Source: an uncultured Alphaproteobacteria bacterium
GTDB lineage: Bacteria > Pseudomonadota > Alphaproteobacteria > Rs-D84
DNA: 64,000 nucleotides
Direction of reading: 5' to 3'
Assembly: GCA_934276735.1 (NCBI GenBank)
Contig: CAKQTG010000001.1
Coordinates: forward strand, 350,134-414,133
Shown: one piece after another, positions 46,832-55,869 of the stretch
Layout: the number at the start of each line of letters is the position of its first letter
How positions within the stretch are numbered: position 1 is the stretch's first letter
Translations under genes and position numbers: made by a program
Notes under the pieces: generated by a model
The model's input: the letters and a program-made list of their open reading frames with translations, nothing else
What the model was told of the DNA's origin: nothing
The model's database searches: none

Positions 46832-47134
46832 ATGGCTAAATTAGCGTTGATAAATAAACAGAAAAAACGTGAAAAGATGGTCGCCCAGTATGCTAAAAAG
46901 CGCGAAGCGATTAAAGCGAAAATGTCTGTGAATGCAACACCTGATGAACGTATGGATGCGATGAAGAAGTTGGCAAAATTGCCACGTAACGCGAATCCAA
47001 CACGTCTACACAATCGTTGCTCGGTTACTGGTCGTGCACGCGGGTTCTCTCGCTTGTTCGGTCTGTGTCGTCAGCAATTGCGCACCATGGCGTCCGAAGG
47101 GAAATTGCCAGGCGTTCGCAAGTCCAGCTGGTAA
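46832..47134 (+). CDS. rpsN: 30S ribosomal protein S14 (long, non-zinc type)
   Basis: MAKLALINKQKKREK...NRC..TGR.RG......LCR...R.....G.LPGVRKSSW. Confidence 0.94.
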   Translation: MAKLALINKQKKREKMVAQYAKKREAIKAKMSVNATPDERMDAMKKLAKLPRNANPTRLHNRCSVTGRARGFSRLFGLCRQQLRTMASEGKLPGVRKSSW

Positions 47135-47222
47135 ACAAAAAACAACCCAGTTGTGGACAATGCAGCTGGGGTTAAACAAAAGTGCATGGGGCAGGGTGTC
47201 CTGTGTAACGAAGGAGTAAAAG

Positions 47223-47621
47223 ATGTCATTATCACACCCAATCGGCGATATGTTGACCCGCATTCGCAATGGTCAGAATGCTGGTAAAGAAACAATCACC
47301 GTTCCAAACAGCAAACTGCGTGCTGCAGTTTTGGCCGTCTTGAAAGACGAAGGCTTTATTACAGATTTCCACAAAGAACAGATTGACGAACATCGTGCCA
47401 ATTTGGTTGTCGAATTGAAATATGTCGGCGGCAATGGCGCAATCCAGGAAATTTCCGTCGTATCTAAACCAGGTCGCCGTGTTTATTCCGGCAGTGCAAA
47501 AATGCCAAAGGTTATGGGCGGACTGGGTATCGCAATCGTTTCCACACCAAATGGCGTTATGACTGATCACAAGGCGCGTTTGATGAACGTTGGTGGCGAA
47601 GTGCTGTGCAAGGTTATCTAA
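47223..47621 (+). CDS. rpsH: 30S ribosomal protein S8
   Basis: MSLSHPIGDMLTRIRNGQ... Confidence 0.96.
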   Translation: MSLSHPIGDMLTRIRNGQNAGKETITVPNSKLRAAVLAVLKDEGFITDFHKEQIDEHRANLVVELKYVGGNGAIQEISVVSKPGRRVYSGSAKMPKVMGGLGIAIVSTPNGVMTDHKARLMNVGGEVLCKVI

Positions 47622-47640
47622 TAGAAGTAAGGATGAAGTT

Positions 47641-48192
47641 ATGTCTCGTGCAGGAAAATATCCAGTAAAATTGAAAGATGGCACGTCAGCGGCGATTGTT
47701 GGTGACGTTCTGGTTGTCAAGGGCCCCAAGGGTGAAATTAAATTGCCGTTGGATACAAAACATGCCGGCTTGGTTCATGTCGCAATCGAAGATGGGCACG
47801 TTGTTGTCACACCAAAAGATGCCGAAGACAAAATCTCGCGCGCGATGTGGGGCACAATGGCCCGTAACGTTCGCAGTGCGGTCGAAGGTGTATCCGAAGG
47901 CTTTACCAAGGCTATGTATATGAAGGGTGTTGGTTACAAGGCATCTGTTTCTGGTAACAAATTGGTTTTGGTCGCGGGTTATTCTCATGACGTTGTTATG
48001 GAAATTCCGGCTGGCTTGACCGTTGTTATGGGCGAAACACCGACAGAATTTTCTATCAATGGTATTGATAAATGTTTGGTTGGCCAATTTGCAGACAAGG
48101 TTCACAAGGTTCGCAAGGCTGATCCATACAAGGGCAAAGGTATCTTCTATAAGGGCGAAGTAATCCGCCGCAAGGAAGGTAAAAAGAAATAA
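47641..48192 (+). CDS. rplF: 50S ribosomal protein L6
   Basis: The track ORF is trimmed to MSRAGKYPVKL... C-terminus ...DPYKGKGIFYKGEVIRRKEGKK. Confidence 0.95.
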   Translation: MSRAGKYPVKLKDGTSAAIVGDVLVVKGPKGEIKLPLDTKHAGLVHVAIEDGHVVVTPKDAEDKISRAMWGTMARNVRSAVEGVSEGFTKAMYMKGVGYKASVSGNKLVLVAGYSHDVVMEIPAGLTVVMGETPTEFSINGIDKCLVGQFADKVHKVRKADPYKGKGIFYKGEVIRRKEGKKK

Positions 48193-48204
48193 TAAATAAA
48201 CGGT

Positions 48205-48226
48205 AATCCCCGCTGTTACGGGGATT
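48205..48226 (+). other. Intercistronic hairpin with CTGTTA loop (rplF|rplR)
   Basis: AATCCCCG-CTGTTA-CGGGGATT. Confidence 0.65.
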
Positions 48227-48243
48227 GAAAAAAAGGAAACAAA

Positions 48244-48600
48244 ATGTTGAAACATTTGTCTAGTGAAGAAAGACGCACATTGGCAAATCGTGGTGCGTTG
48301 AAAAGAAAAAATCCTGGCAAGATTCGTCTGTCGGTTTTCCGTTCGGGCCGTCACATTGAAATCCAGGCAATTGATGATGTTCGTGGTCACACAGTATGTG
48401 CGGCATCATCCAAAGAAAAAGATTTCCAGGGCAAAGGCTGGAATGTCGCTGGTGCAGAACTGGTTGGCAAGGCGTTTGCAGCGCGTGCTGTGGCGGCAGG
48501 CATTGCCGACAATTGTTACTTTGACCGTGGCGGTTATCGCTATCACGGCCGTGTAAAGGCACTGTGTGAAGCAATCCGCGCAGGCGGCGTAAGAATCTAA
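48244..48600 (+). CDS. rplR: 50S ribosomal protein L18
   Basis: 118 aa. ...[18 protein letters not shown]..., ...[19 protein letters not shown]. Confidence 0.94.
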   Translation: MLKHLSSEERRTLANRGALKRKNPGKIRLSVFRSGRHIEIQAIDDVRGHTVCAASSKEKDFQGKGWNVAGAELVGKAFAARAVAAGIADNCYFDRGGYRYHGRVKALCEAIRAGGVRI

Positions 48601-48621
48601 TGGAATATACGGAGTAATAAG

Positions 48622-49191
48622 ATGGCACGTTTTGATGATAAAAAATTGCAAACGGATAACCTGGTCGATAAACTGGTTTCCATCAACCGCGTATCCAAAA
48701 CCGTAAAGGGCGGCCGCAACATGTCGTTCTCGGCATTGGTTGTGGTTGGTGACAAGGCTGGTCGTGTTGGCTTTGGCAAGGGTAAGGCATTGGAAGTTCA
48801 GTCTGCGGTGCAGAAAGCAACCAAGGCAGCCAAGGCGAAAATGATTCGCGTTCCGCTGAAAGAAGGTCGCACATTGCACCATGATTGCAGCGCGAAATAC
48901 GGCGCCAGCAAACTGGTTGTGCGCAGTGCTGTTCCTGGTACTGGTATCATTGCCGGTGGTGCGTTGCGTGCGGTGTTTGAATGCTTGGGCGTTCAGGACG
49001 TCGTTGTGAAGTCCCAGGGTTCTAACAATCCAAACAACATGATTCGCGCTGCGTTCTTGGCGTTCTCGAAGATGAATTCGCCCAAGACAGTGGCCGCGCG
49101 TCGTGGTAAAACAGTTGCAGAAATCATTGCTGGCCGTGATGGCAAGAAAATTGATGATGCAGTATGTGAATGTGCAACCGAAGATAAATAA
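48622..49191 (+). CDS. rpsE: 30S ribosomal protein S5
   Basis: ...[37 protein letters not shown]... Confidence 0.96.
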   Translation: MARFDDKKLQTDNLVDKLVSINRVSKTVKGGRNMSFSALVVVGDKAGRVGFGKGKALEVQSAVQKATKAAKAKMIRVPLKEGRTLHHDCSAKYGASKLVVRSAVPGTGIIAGGALRAVFECLGVQDVVVKSQGSNNPNNMIRAAFLAFSKMNSPKTVAARRGKTVAEIIAGRDGKKIDDAVCECATEDK

Positions 49192-49221
49192 TCTGGGCAC
49201 TGAAAACAACGGAGAATAATT

Positions 49222-49401
49222 ATGGCTAAAATAACTGTAAAGCAAGTTAAAAGCATTGTTGGTCGCCCGGAATCTCAGCGCAAGATTGTTGCCGCATTGG
49301 GATTGGGTCGCATTGGCAAGACCAAAGAATTGGGTGACACACCGGCCGTTCGCGGCATGGTGGCCAAGGTTTCCCATCTGGTCGAAATTGTCGAAAAATA
49401 A
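49222..49401 (+). CDS. rpmD: 50S ribosomal protein L30
   Basis: Not in the ORF track (59 aa). I translated it by hand: MAKITVKQVKSIVGRPESQRKIVAALGLGRIGKTKELGDTPAVRGMVAKVSHLVEIVEK. RBS GGAG; the expected slot between rpsE and rplO. Confidence 0.9.
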   Translation: MAKITVKQVKSIVGRPESQRKIVAALGLGRIGKTKELGDTPAVRGMVAKVSHLVEIVEK

Positions 49402-49485
49402 TAAATGAAAAACCGAGTATGCGGACAGTACTTGTCCGCATGCGAAAAAAGACTATATACTGGTCATAGGATAAAGGAAAAAATT

Positions 49486-49944
49486 ATGAAACTGAATGCA
49501 TTGATGGACAACTTTGGCGCACGTCGTGATGTTAAACGTGTTGGCCGTGGTATGGCGTCGGGTTATGGCAAAACATCTGGTCGTGGTAACAAGGGTCAGA
49601 AAGCACGCAGCGGTTCACGCAAACAGGCGACTTTCCAGGGTGGTCAGATGCCGATTTTGCGTCGCTTTCCGAAATTCGGGTTTAACAATCCGTTTGCCAA
49701 GGAATACATCACAATCAACCTGGGCGATATTGAAAAGTTTATTGCATCTGGCAAGATTGATGCAAAATCCCCAATCACAATTGATTCGTTGATGGCTACA
49801 AAAATTATCAACCGCAAAATGTCTGGGTTAAAGGTTTTGGCCAAGGGCGAAATCAAATCGTCTGTGAACGTTATTGCCGACAAATGGTCCAAGGCGGCCG
49901 AAGCGGCAATCGTCAAAGCAGGTGGCACAATTAAAAATAAATAA
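49486..49944 (+). CDS. rplO: 50S ribosomal protein L15
   Basis: The track ORF is trimmed to MKLNALMDNFGARRDVKRVGRGMASGYGKTSGRGNKGQKARSG... Confidence 0.95.
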   Translation: MKLNALMDNFGARRDVKRVGRGMASGYGKTSGRGNKGQKARSGSRKQATFQGGQMPILRRFPKFGFNNPFAKEYITINLGDIEKFIASGKIDAKSPITIDSLMATKIINRKMSGLKVLAKGEIKSSVNVIADKWSKAAEAAIVKAGGTIKNK

Positions 49945-49999
49945 TTGCATCTCGCATCCCGGGAAACCGGGATGCCTTATCTGATTACAAGAGCAACGC

Positions 50000-51316
50000 A
50001 TGAAATTCTTGAAAGATTTTTTTGGAAACCTGTCTGATTTGCAAAAGCGCATTTTGTTCACATTGGGTGCGCTGATTGTTTATCGTATTGGTTCGTTTAT
50101 ACCGTTGCCGGGGGTAAATGCATCGGCTGTGTTGCATTTGTTCTCGGGCGAGGGCAGTGGTATGATGGGCATGTTTGATATGTTCTCGGGCGGGTCGCTG
50201 TCGCGTATGTCCGTGTTGGCATTAAACATATTCCCGTATATTTCTGCGTCGATTGTATTGCAATTGTTGACCGCAACCAGCAAATCGCTTAGCGAACTGC
50301 GCAAAGAGGGCGAATCCGGCCGCGTTAAAATCAACCAATACACACGTTACCTGGCGGTGTTTCTGGCCGTGGTCCAGGGTTGGGCCGTTGTGCGTGGTTT
50401 GGAAATCATGGCACCAGTAAATGGTGTTGCGGCGGTTGTGAACCCCGGTTTCGCATTTGAATTGTCGGCCATTATCGCATTGGTTGGGGGCACGGTGTTC
50501 GTTATGTGGCTGGCAGAGCAGATTACCGCGCGTGGTATCGGCCAGGGCGCGTCGCTGTTGATTTTTGCCGGCATTATTGCCGAGGTTCCGGGTGGTATCG
50601 CCAAGATATTCTCGCTGGGGTCGGTTGGCCAGATGTCGCCGGCAATGATTATGTTGGTCGTTGCATTTGTGATTGGTATCATCGCGTTGATTGCGTTCTT
50701 TGAACAGGCCCAGCGTCGTATCCAGATTCTGTATCCGCGCCAGGTCATGGCAAATGGCGTTACAAACACTAATGCGTCGTATCTGCCGATAAAGGTGAAT
50801 ATGTCTGGCGTTATGGGACCGGTTTTCGCGGCCAGTATCATGATGCTGCCGGCGTTCGTTCAACGCTTTGTCCAGAGCGAGAATTTGGTTGTTCAAAATA
50901 TCATGGCGTTCTTTACGTATGGTGCGTGGTCTTATATCATCTTGTACACGATATTGATTGCGTTCTTTGCGTATTTCCAGACCGCGGTGATATTTAATTC
51001 CGAAGAAACCAGCACAAACCTGAAGAACGCAGGCGGTTATATCCCGGGTGTGCGCCCAGGCGAACAGACCGTGCACTATTTGGATTCTGTTGTGTCGCGC
51101 ACAACGGCGATTGGTGTTATGTATCTGATTGTTGTTTGCGTTGTACCAATTATTTTGAACACGCATTTTGGTATGCCGCTGATGATTGGTGGAACCAGTG
51201 TTCTGATTGTGGCGGGCGTTGTTCTGGATACAATGAACCAGGTGCAGTCGTATTTGGTTGCAAATAAATATCGCAGCGTCATTAAATCGGCGCAAAGGAA
51301 GGGCCGTTTCCGTTAA
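50000..51316 (+). CDS. secY: Preprotein translocase subunit SecY
   Basis: 438 aa, about 10 TM helices. ...LGALIVYRIGSFIPLPGV..., ALNIFPYISASIVLQLL; follows rplO. Confidence 0.96.
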   Translation: MKFLKDFFGNLSDLQKRILFTLGALIVYRIGSFIPLPGVNASAVLHLFSGEGSGMMGMFDMFSGGSLSRMSVLALNIFPYISASIVLQLLTATSKSLSELRKEGESGRVKINQYTRYLAVFLAVVQGWAVVRGLEIMAPVNGVAAVVNPGFAFELSAIIALVGGTVFVMWLAEQITARGIGQGASLLIFAGIIAEVPGGIAKIFSLGSVGQMSPAMIMLVVAFVIGIIALIAFFEQAQRRIQILYPRQVMANGVTNTNASYLPIKVNMSGVMGPVFAASIMMLPAFVQRFVQSENLVVQNIMAFFTYGAWSYIILYTILIAFFAYFQTAVIFNSEETSTNLKNAGGYIPGVRPGEQTVHYLDSVVSRTTAIGVMYLIVVCVVPIILNTHFGMPLMIGGTSVLIVAGVVLDTMNQVQSYLVANKYRSVIKSAQRKGRFR

Positions 51317-51343
51317 AGACGGGGGCGCACCTAAAACAAAGAT

Positions 51344-51371
51344 TTGACTTTTGCCACGTTTTGTATAAAAT
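51344..51371 (+). promoter_or_regulatory. Sigma70-like promoter upstream of rpsM
   Basis: TTGACT, 16-nt spacer, TAAAAT. Confidence 0.5.
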
Positions 51372-51483
51372 TATGCGGCAAAATAAAATACTCTGATAAT
51401 CTGACGGCAGATTACCAGGGGACAGCAGAGCGGGGCGTGTGGCGACACACAAACCATGGTAATAATAAAAAGGAAAATAGAAA

Positions 51484-51861
51484 ATGGCACGTATAGCAGG
51501 TGTTAACATCCCGACAGAAAAGCGTATTGAAATTGCGCTGCGCTATATCCACGGTATTGGTCCGGCCAAATCTGCCCAGATTTGCAAGGCACTGAAACTG
51601 AAAGATGGTCTGCGCGCGAAAGACTTGACTGACGAAGATGTTGTTAAAATTTCAAGTTACATTGAACAGAACTTCAAGGTAGAAGGTGATGTCCGTCGCG
51701 AAGTTGCAATGAACATCAAACGTTTACAGGACTTAAAGGCATATCGTGGCATCCGCCATCGTAATCGTCTGCCGGTTCGTGGTCAGCGCACCCAGACAAA
51801 CGCACGTACCCGCAAGGGCAAACGCGTGGTTGTTGCAGGTTCCGCAACCAAGGGTAAATAA
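51484..51861 (+). CDS. rpsM: 30S ribosomal protein S13
   Basis: [14 protein letters not shown]... Confidence 0.96.
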   Translation: MARIAGVNIPTEKRIEIALRYIHGIGPAKSAQICKALKLKDGLRAKDLTDEDVVKISSYIEQNFKVEGDVRREVAMNIKRLQDLKAYRGIRHRNRLPVRGQRTQTNARTRKGKRVVVAGSATKGK

Positions 51862-51865
51862 AATT

Positions 51866-51960
51866 TAATATAACGCCACATCTGTGAGCGTTGGGCTCTG
51901 GTCATGTACTACTTGTACACTCCCGTCGCCCACCATCTCACATCTGTAACGTTCTATTAA
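51866..51960. repeat. Family E palindromic element, third copy (rpsM|rpsK spacer)
   Basis: ATATAACGCCACATCTGTGAGCG...GTACTACTTGTACAC...CACCATCTCACATCTGTAACGTTCTATT has the same architecture and conserved blocks as 1511-1600 and 1612-1699. Confidence 0.75.
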
Positions 51961-52033
51961 ATTAATCCACAGATAAATAAGGTAGAGAATAACACGACAG
52001 TTATTTGAAGACATCTAACAAAGGTAAAAAATA

Positions 52034-52417
52034 ATGGCAGTAACAAAAGCTAAAAAGAAAGTAGTAAAAAAAGTATCGCACGGCATTGCACACGTCGTTG
52101 CGACAAATAATAACACACGTATCACAATCACAGACCAGTCTGGTGCTGTGCTGACATGGGCGACCGCCGGTGCGAATAATTTCAAGGGCGCAAAAAAGTC
52201 CACACCGTATGCAGCGACCGTCGTCGCAGACGCAGTTGGCAAGAAAGTTGCCGAAATGGGCATGAAGACTGTTGACGTTCTGATGCGTGGCATTGGCCAG
52301 GGTCGTGAATCTGCTGTTCGCGGTTTGGCAAATGCGGGCTTGGTTGTTCAGTCCATTACCGACACAACGCGCATTCCACATAATGGTTGCCGTCCAAAGA
52401 AAGTGCGCCGCGTCTAA
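52034..52417 (+). CDS. rpsK: 30S ribosomal protein S11
   Basis: ...GIAHVVATNNNTRITITDQSG....WATAG...FKGAKKSTPYAA... Confidence 0.96.
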   Translation: MAVTKAKKKVVKKVSHGIAHVVATNNNTRITITDQSGAVLTWATAGANNFKGAKKSTPYAATVVADAVGKKVAEMGMKTVDVLMRGIGQGRESAVRGLANAGLVVQSITDTTRIPHNGCRPKKVRRV

Positions 52418-52437
52418 ATTAAATATAATAACACATC

Positions 52438-52466
52438 AAAACCGTCCCAATTTTGGACGGTTTTTT
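52438..52466 (+). terminator. Rho-independent terminator directly after rpsK
   Basis: AAAACCGTCC-CAATTTT-GGACGGTTTTTT. Confidence 0.7.
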
Positions 52467-52469
52467 ACA

Positions 52470-52556
52470 AGAGAGCAATGCGCAGAGAGCAGAGAGCAAT
52501 GAAGCGCGCCACCGGCGCGCTTGCTTTTTTACCGTCGCAGTCTAAATTGCTCTCTG
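52470..52556. repeat. Family A mosaic element between rpsK and rpoA
   Basis: AGAGAGCAATGCGCAGAGAGCAGAGAGCAATG ... internal hairpin AAGCGCGCC-ACC-GGCGCGCTT ... ATTGCTCTCTG. The termini form an inverted repeat. Confidence 0.8.
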
Positions 52557-52594
52557 AAATCTGAACTCTAAAAAACGGGGCGCGGCCCCGTTTT

Positions 52595-52954
52595 TTAATA
52601 TTCAATCACGCGGCGGGTGGTGTGCGTGCCGACGGGGACATATTGCACAACGGGTTGATATTCTTGGTAATGGTCTATGACCTCGGTATATTTTTTTACG
52701 CGAACCGGGCGCAGTGCCGCGCCAGTGTTGCAATTACGTGCGCGTGACGCCAGGTCAATAGATGAACGAACGCGACAAGGTGCGGCAATGTGTGCCGGTT
52801 TTGATTTGGGAATGTATGCGTCGTCTGAAATTTCAACAGTGCTTATTTGAATTGATTCATACGTTGTTTCGGTTGTTGTTTCGCGACACGGACATGCGTA
52901 TGCGCCGGCCATCAATGACGCAGTCAGCAAACAAAATACAGCAATTTTTTTCAT
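52595..52954 (-). CDS. Small secreted Cys-containing protein, hypothetical (antisense to the ribosomal operon)
   Basis: 119 aa with signal peptide MKKIAVFCLLTASLMAGAYA. It has its own terminator (52570-52596) and an upstream AAGGA RBS. Confidence 0.55.
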   Translation of the reverse strand: MKKIAVFCLLTASLMAGAYACPCRETTTETTYESIQISTVEISDDAYIPKSKPAHIAAPCRVRSSIDLASRARNCNTGAALRPVRVKKYTEVIDHYQEYQPVVQYVPVGTHTTRRVIEY

Positions 52955-53067
52955 AGTTAAAATCCTTGGTTATTTTTGTGTCGTAATCATAGGACAATAA
53001 TTCTTGATTGTCAACTTTTTTGATGTGACGCCAGGGGGCAAAAATATCGTGCGTTTCTAATATTTAT

Positions 53068-53096
53068 TTGACTTTTATGGGGGCTGGGTATAGAAT
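53068..53096 (+). promoter_or_regulatory. Sigma70-like promoter for rpoA-rplQ
   Basis: TTGACT, 17-nt spacer, TAGAAT, about 70 nt upstream of rpoA. Confidence 0.55.
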
Positions 53097-53167
53097 ACGC
53101 ACGCGCGAAAAAAAATTTGCGCAACCGAACGGTGAAAATAATAAACTAAGCCCAAAGGAAAAACGGT

Positions 53168-54196
53168 ATGATTGAAAAGAACTGGATGACCCTGATAAAG
53201 CCGAAAAAGCTGAATATCACGGTTGATGAACATAACCCAAATTTAGCAAAACTGGTTGCTGAACCATTGGAAAAAGGATTTGGACTGACATTGGGCACGG
53301 CGTTGCGTCGCGTGCTGTTGTCGTCATTGCAGGGTTGTGCCCCAATCTATATCAAGATTGACGGTGTGCAACACGAATTTTCCAGCCTGCAAGGTGTCCG
53401 CGAAGACATCACAGATATTATCTTGAACCTGAAAGGTGTTTATTTCAAAGCATTGACCGAAGGTCAACACAAGGCAACCCTGAAAGTCAAGGGGCCGGCC
53501 GTTGTGACCGCAGGTATGATTGAAACATCTGGCGGGGTCGAGGTTATGAACAAAGACGCGGAAATCTGCACACTGGATAAAAACGCGAATTTGGATATGG
53601 AAATCACATTGGCAACCGGCCGCGGTTATGTGCCGGCGTCTGCACATGCAGATGGTCTGCCACTGGGTGTGATTCCGGTTGATTCAATTTTCTCGCCAAT
53701 TTTGAATGTTGCGACGGCTGTATCGGAAACCCGTGTTGGCCAGTCGACAGACTATGACAAATTGGAAATGACCGTCAAAACCAATGGTTCTGTTTCGCCC
53801 GAAGATGCAATCGCATTTGCGGCGCGTATTTTGACAGACCAGTTGGTTGTCTTTATCAATTTTGAAGATCCGGCGCAAATCAATGCTCCGACCGAAGAAG
53901 AAAAGGCCAAGGACGCATTGCCGTTTGATCCGAAATTGTTAAAGCATGTTGATGAATTGGAATTGTCTGTTCGTGCGAATAATTGCTTGAAGAACGACAA
54001 AATCAATTGGTTGGGCGAATTGGTCCAAAAGACCGAAGCAGATATGTTAAAGACCCCGAACTTTGGCCGCAAGTCATTGAACGAAATCAAGGTTCAGTTA
54101 GAGGCTATGGGTCTGGGACTGGGCATGGAAGTACCGGGTTGGCCACCAGAAAATATTGCAGAGTTGGCCAAGAAGTACGAAGACCCTTATAAATAA
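53168..54196 (+). CDS. rpoA: DNA-directed RNA polymerase alpha subunit
   Basis: 342 aa. ...[27 protein letters not shown]..., C-terminal domain ...[22 protein letters not shown]...[18 protein letters not shown]. Confidence 0.96.
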   Translation: MIEKNWMTLIKPKKLNITVDEHNPNLAKLVAEPLEKGFGLTLGTALRRVLLSSLQGCAPIYIKIDGVQHEFSSLQGVREDITDIILNLKGVYFKALTEGQHKATLKVKGPAVVTAGMIETSGGVEVMNKDAEICTLDKNANLDMEITLATGRGYVPASAHADGLPLGVIPVDSIFSPILNVATAVSETRVGQSTDYDKLEMTVKTNGSVSPEDAIAFAARILTDQLVVFINFEDPAQINAPTEEEKAKDALPFDPKLLKHVDELELSVRANNCLKNDKINWLGELVQKTEADMLKTPNFGRKSLNEIKVQLEAMGLGLGMEVPGWPPENIAELAKKYEDPYK

Positions 54197-54198
54197 AT

Positions 54199-54244
54199 CC
54201 CCTTCGCTGGCGAAGGGGTGGCCGCAGGGCGGACGGGGTAGTGG
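54199..54244. repeat. 48-nt-type palindromic unit (family C) after rpoA
   Basis: CCCCTTCGCTGGCGAAGGGGTGGCCGCAGGGCGGACGGGGTAGTGG is nearly identical to 62811-62858 and to the reverse complement of 18605-18652. Confidence 0.85.
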
Positions 54245-54368
54245 CAAGCTATTCTGTTCCGTTTTGTGGAAACTAAATCCCACGCTGCTGGTGTAAATCA
54301 GGGTGTGGCGTCTCAGTAAAATCCCCAGATGGTCTGGGGCAGAAACAAAAATACAAAGGAGTAATCTG

Positions 54369-54893
54369 ATGAGACACGCAAAAGCAGGTCGCACATTTAA
54401 CCGCGACACAAACGCACGCAAAGCACTGATGGTTGGCTTGGCGAAAAACTTGATTGAAAAAGAACAAATCAAAACAACATTGCCCAAGGCAAAAGATTTG
54501 CGCAGCGTTGTTGAAAAACTGATTACTCGCGCCAAGGTTGACACAGTTGCCAATCGTCGTTTGACAGCGTCTGAACTGGGTAACAGCTCGGCGGCCACCG
54601 TGAAAAAATTGTTCACAGTTTTGGGCCCACGCTATGCAAAACGCCCGGGTGGATATACCCGCGTATTAAAGGCCGGTTTCCGTTATGGTGATGCCGCGCC
54701 GATGGCGATTATTGAATTGGTTGACCGCGATGTAAATGCGAAAAAGGTTGTAAAGCCTGCCGCCACAGACGAAGCCGCTGCCCAGGCACCGGCCGCCAAA
54801 AAGGAAAAGGCAGACGCGCCAGCGACAGATGCCAAGGAAGCTGCAAAGGCAACCAAGGCTGCGCCAAAGGCACGCCGCACAACCAGCAAATAA
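54369..54893 (+). CDS. rplQ: 50S ribosomal protein L17 with Ala/Lys-rich C-terminal extension
   Basis: The track ORF is trimmed to [20 protein letters not shown]... The tail is ...[35 protein letters not shown]. Confidence 0.93.
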   Translation: MRHAKAGRTFNRDTNARKALMVGLAKNLIEKEQIKTTLPKAKDLRSVVEKLITRAKVDTVANRRLTASELGNSSAATVKKLFTVLGPRYAKRPGGYTRVLKAGFRYGDAAPMAIIELVDRDVNAKKVVKPAATDEAAAQAPAAKKEKADAPATDAKEAAKATKAAPKARRTTSK

Positions 54894-54925
54894 GATTATG
54901 TAGTGCGTAATTTTATTTCACAAAC

Positions 54926-54957
54926 AAAACAACCGCCCGATTGGGCGGTTGTTTTTT
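54926..54957. terminator. Bidirectional terminator after rplQ
   Basis: AAAACAACCGCCC-GATT-GGGCGGTTGTTTTTT. Confidence 0.75.
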
Positions 54958-54969
54958 ATGGCGCGTGGG

Positions 54970-55719
54970 TTATCGGGTGCGCTGGAATACATGCATGCGG
55001 TCAAAACAGGTTTTGCGCTCTGTCTTTTCATGCTGTAATACTTCACCTGTTTTTAATTCGATTTTGAAATTTTCGTAACTGATGTTTGATGATTGTGGCA
55101 TTGAAATAATGCGACCGCCAAGCATCAGGCATTTGGTCAACCGCGCCAAAATATCAATCTGGTCGCGTCGTTCATAGCCATAATCAAATATGTTTGATAT
55201 GTCGATTAAATCGTATTTTTTTATTGCGCGCAGGTTTAATTCCGTGATGTCGCAGTTAAAGAATTCAAACGGCCCGCGGATGATTTGTTGCAGGTGTTTG
55301 TATTCGTCGTCTGTGAATTGATTTTGCGGATATGCGTCGACCGATGTGCCACGACTGAAATTGATAACGCCAATGCGGCTGCGCATTAAATCGATTGTTT
55401 GCGGGCGCAGGCGCGGGGTCACAGGGTCCATACTGACCATATTCAGTGCGTTCGTGCTGTAACGCAATTCGCGCAATAATTGATAGTATTCGTCGCGTGG
55501 CATAATCGGGATTGCGGCGGTTTTGATTTCTTGGATAATGCCGGCGCATTTTGTGATGTCGTATGTGTCAACGGTTTTTGCCCCGCCCAGGCGGTATGTC
55601 AGGGCCTGGTCGCCACTGCCGGCGACGGTCAGGACGTGTTGTGCGCCCTGGGTTATTTTGCGTGCCCAACGCCAGTCTTCGTTTGTAATCGTGTATGCGG
55701 GAATATAGAATTTTTCCAT
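54970..55719 (-). CDS. DUF3419-like SAM-dependent methyltransferase-fold protein (putative)
   Basis: The track ORF is trimmed to MEKFYIP... (RBS AAGGAA). TNEDWRWA...VLTVAGSGDQALTYRLGGAKTVDTYDITKCAGIIQEIKTAAI and ...YDLIDISNIFDY resemble, from memory, the DUF3419/BtaA-like signature. Confidence 0.45.
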   Translation of the reverse strand: MEKFYIPAYTITNEDWRWARKITQGAQHVLTVAGSGDQALTYRLGGAKTVDTYDITKCAGIIQEIKTAAIPIMPRDEYYQLLRELRYSTNALNMVSMDPVTPRLRPQTIDLMRSRIGVINFSRGTSVDAYPQNQFTDDEYKHLQQIIRGPFEFFNCDITELNLRAIKKYDLIDISNIFDYGYERRDQIDILARLTKCLMLGGRIISMPQSSNISYENFKIELKTGEVLQHEKTERKTCFDRMHVFQRTR

Positions 55720-55869
55720 AACTGTGGTTCCTTGGTGTTTATGTTTTATATGTAGCACAAAACGCAAAATTGTCAAGCGGTGTATAGGAATAAGTAAAAA
55801 AGATGCTTTTATTATGGCGGGTTTTGTGATAAAATCAAACGACAGGGAGAGGTTCAAAGGATTCAGAAT

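Noticed and set aside
51317-52033. Absence of adk, infA and rpmJ after secY, and of rpsD between rpsK and rpoA, considered as a possible deletion or anomaly.
   Set aside because: Lack of rpsD, infA and rpmJ at these positions is the normal alphaproteobacterial arrangement as I recall it. I checked the 167-bp secY-rpsM spacer for an L36-like mini-ORF and found none. Only the missing adk is mildly unusual, and it may simply lie elsewhere.
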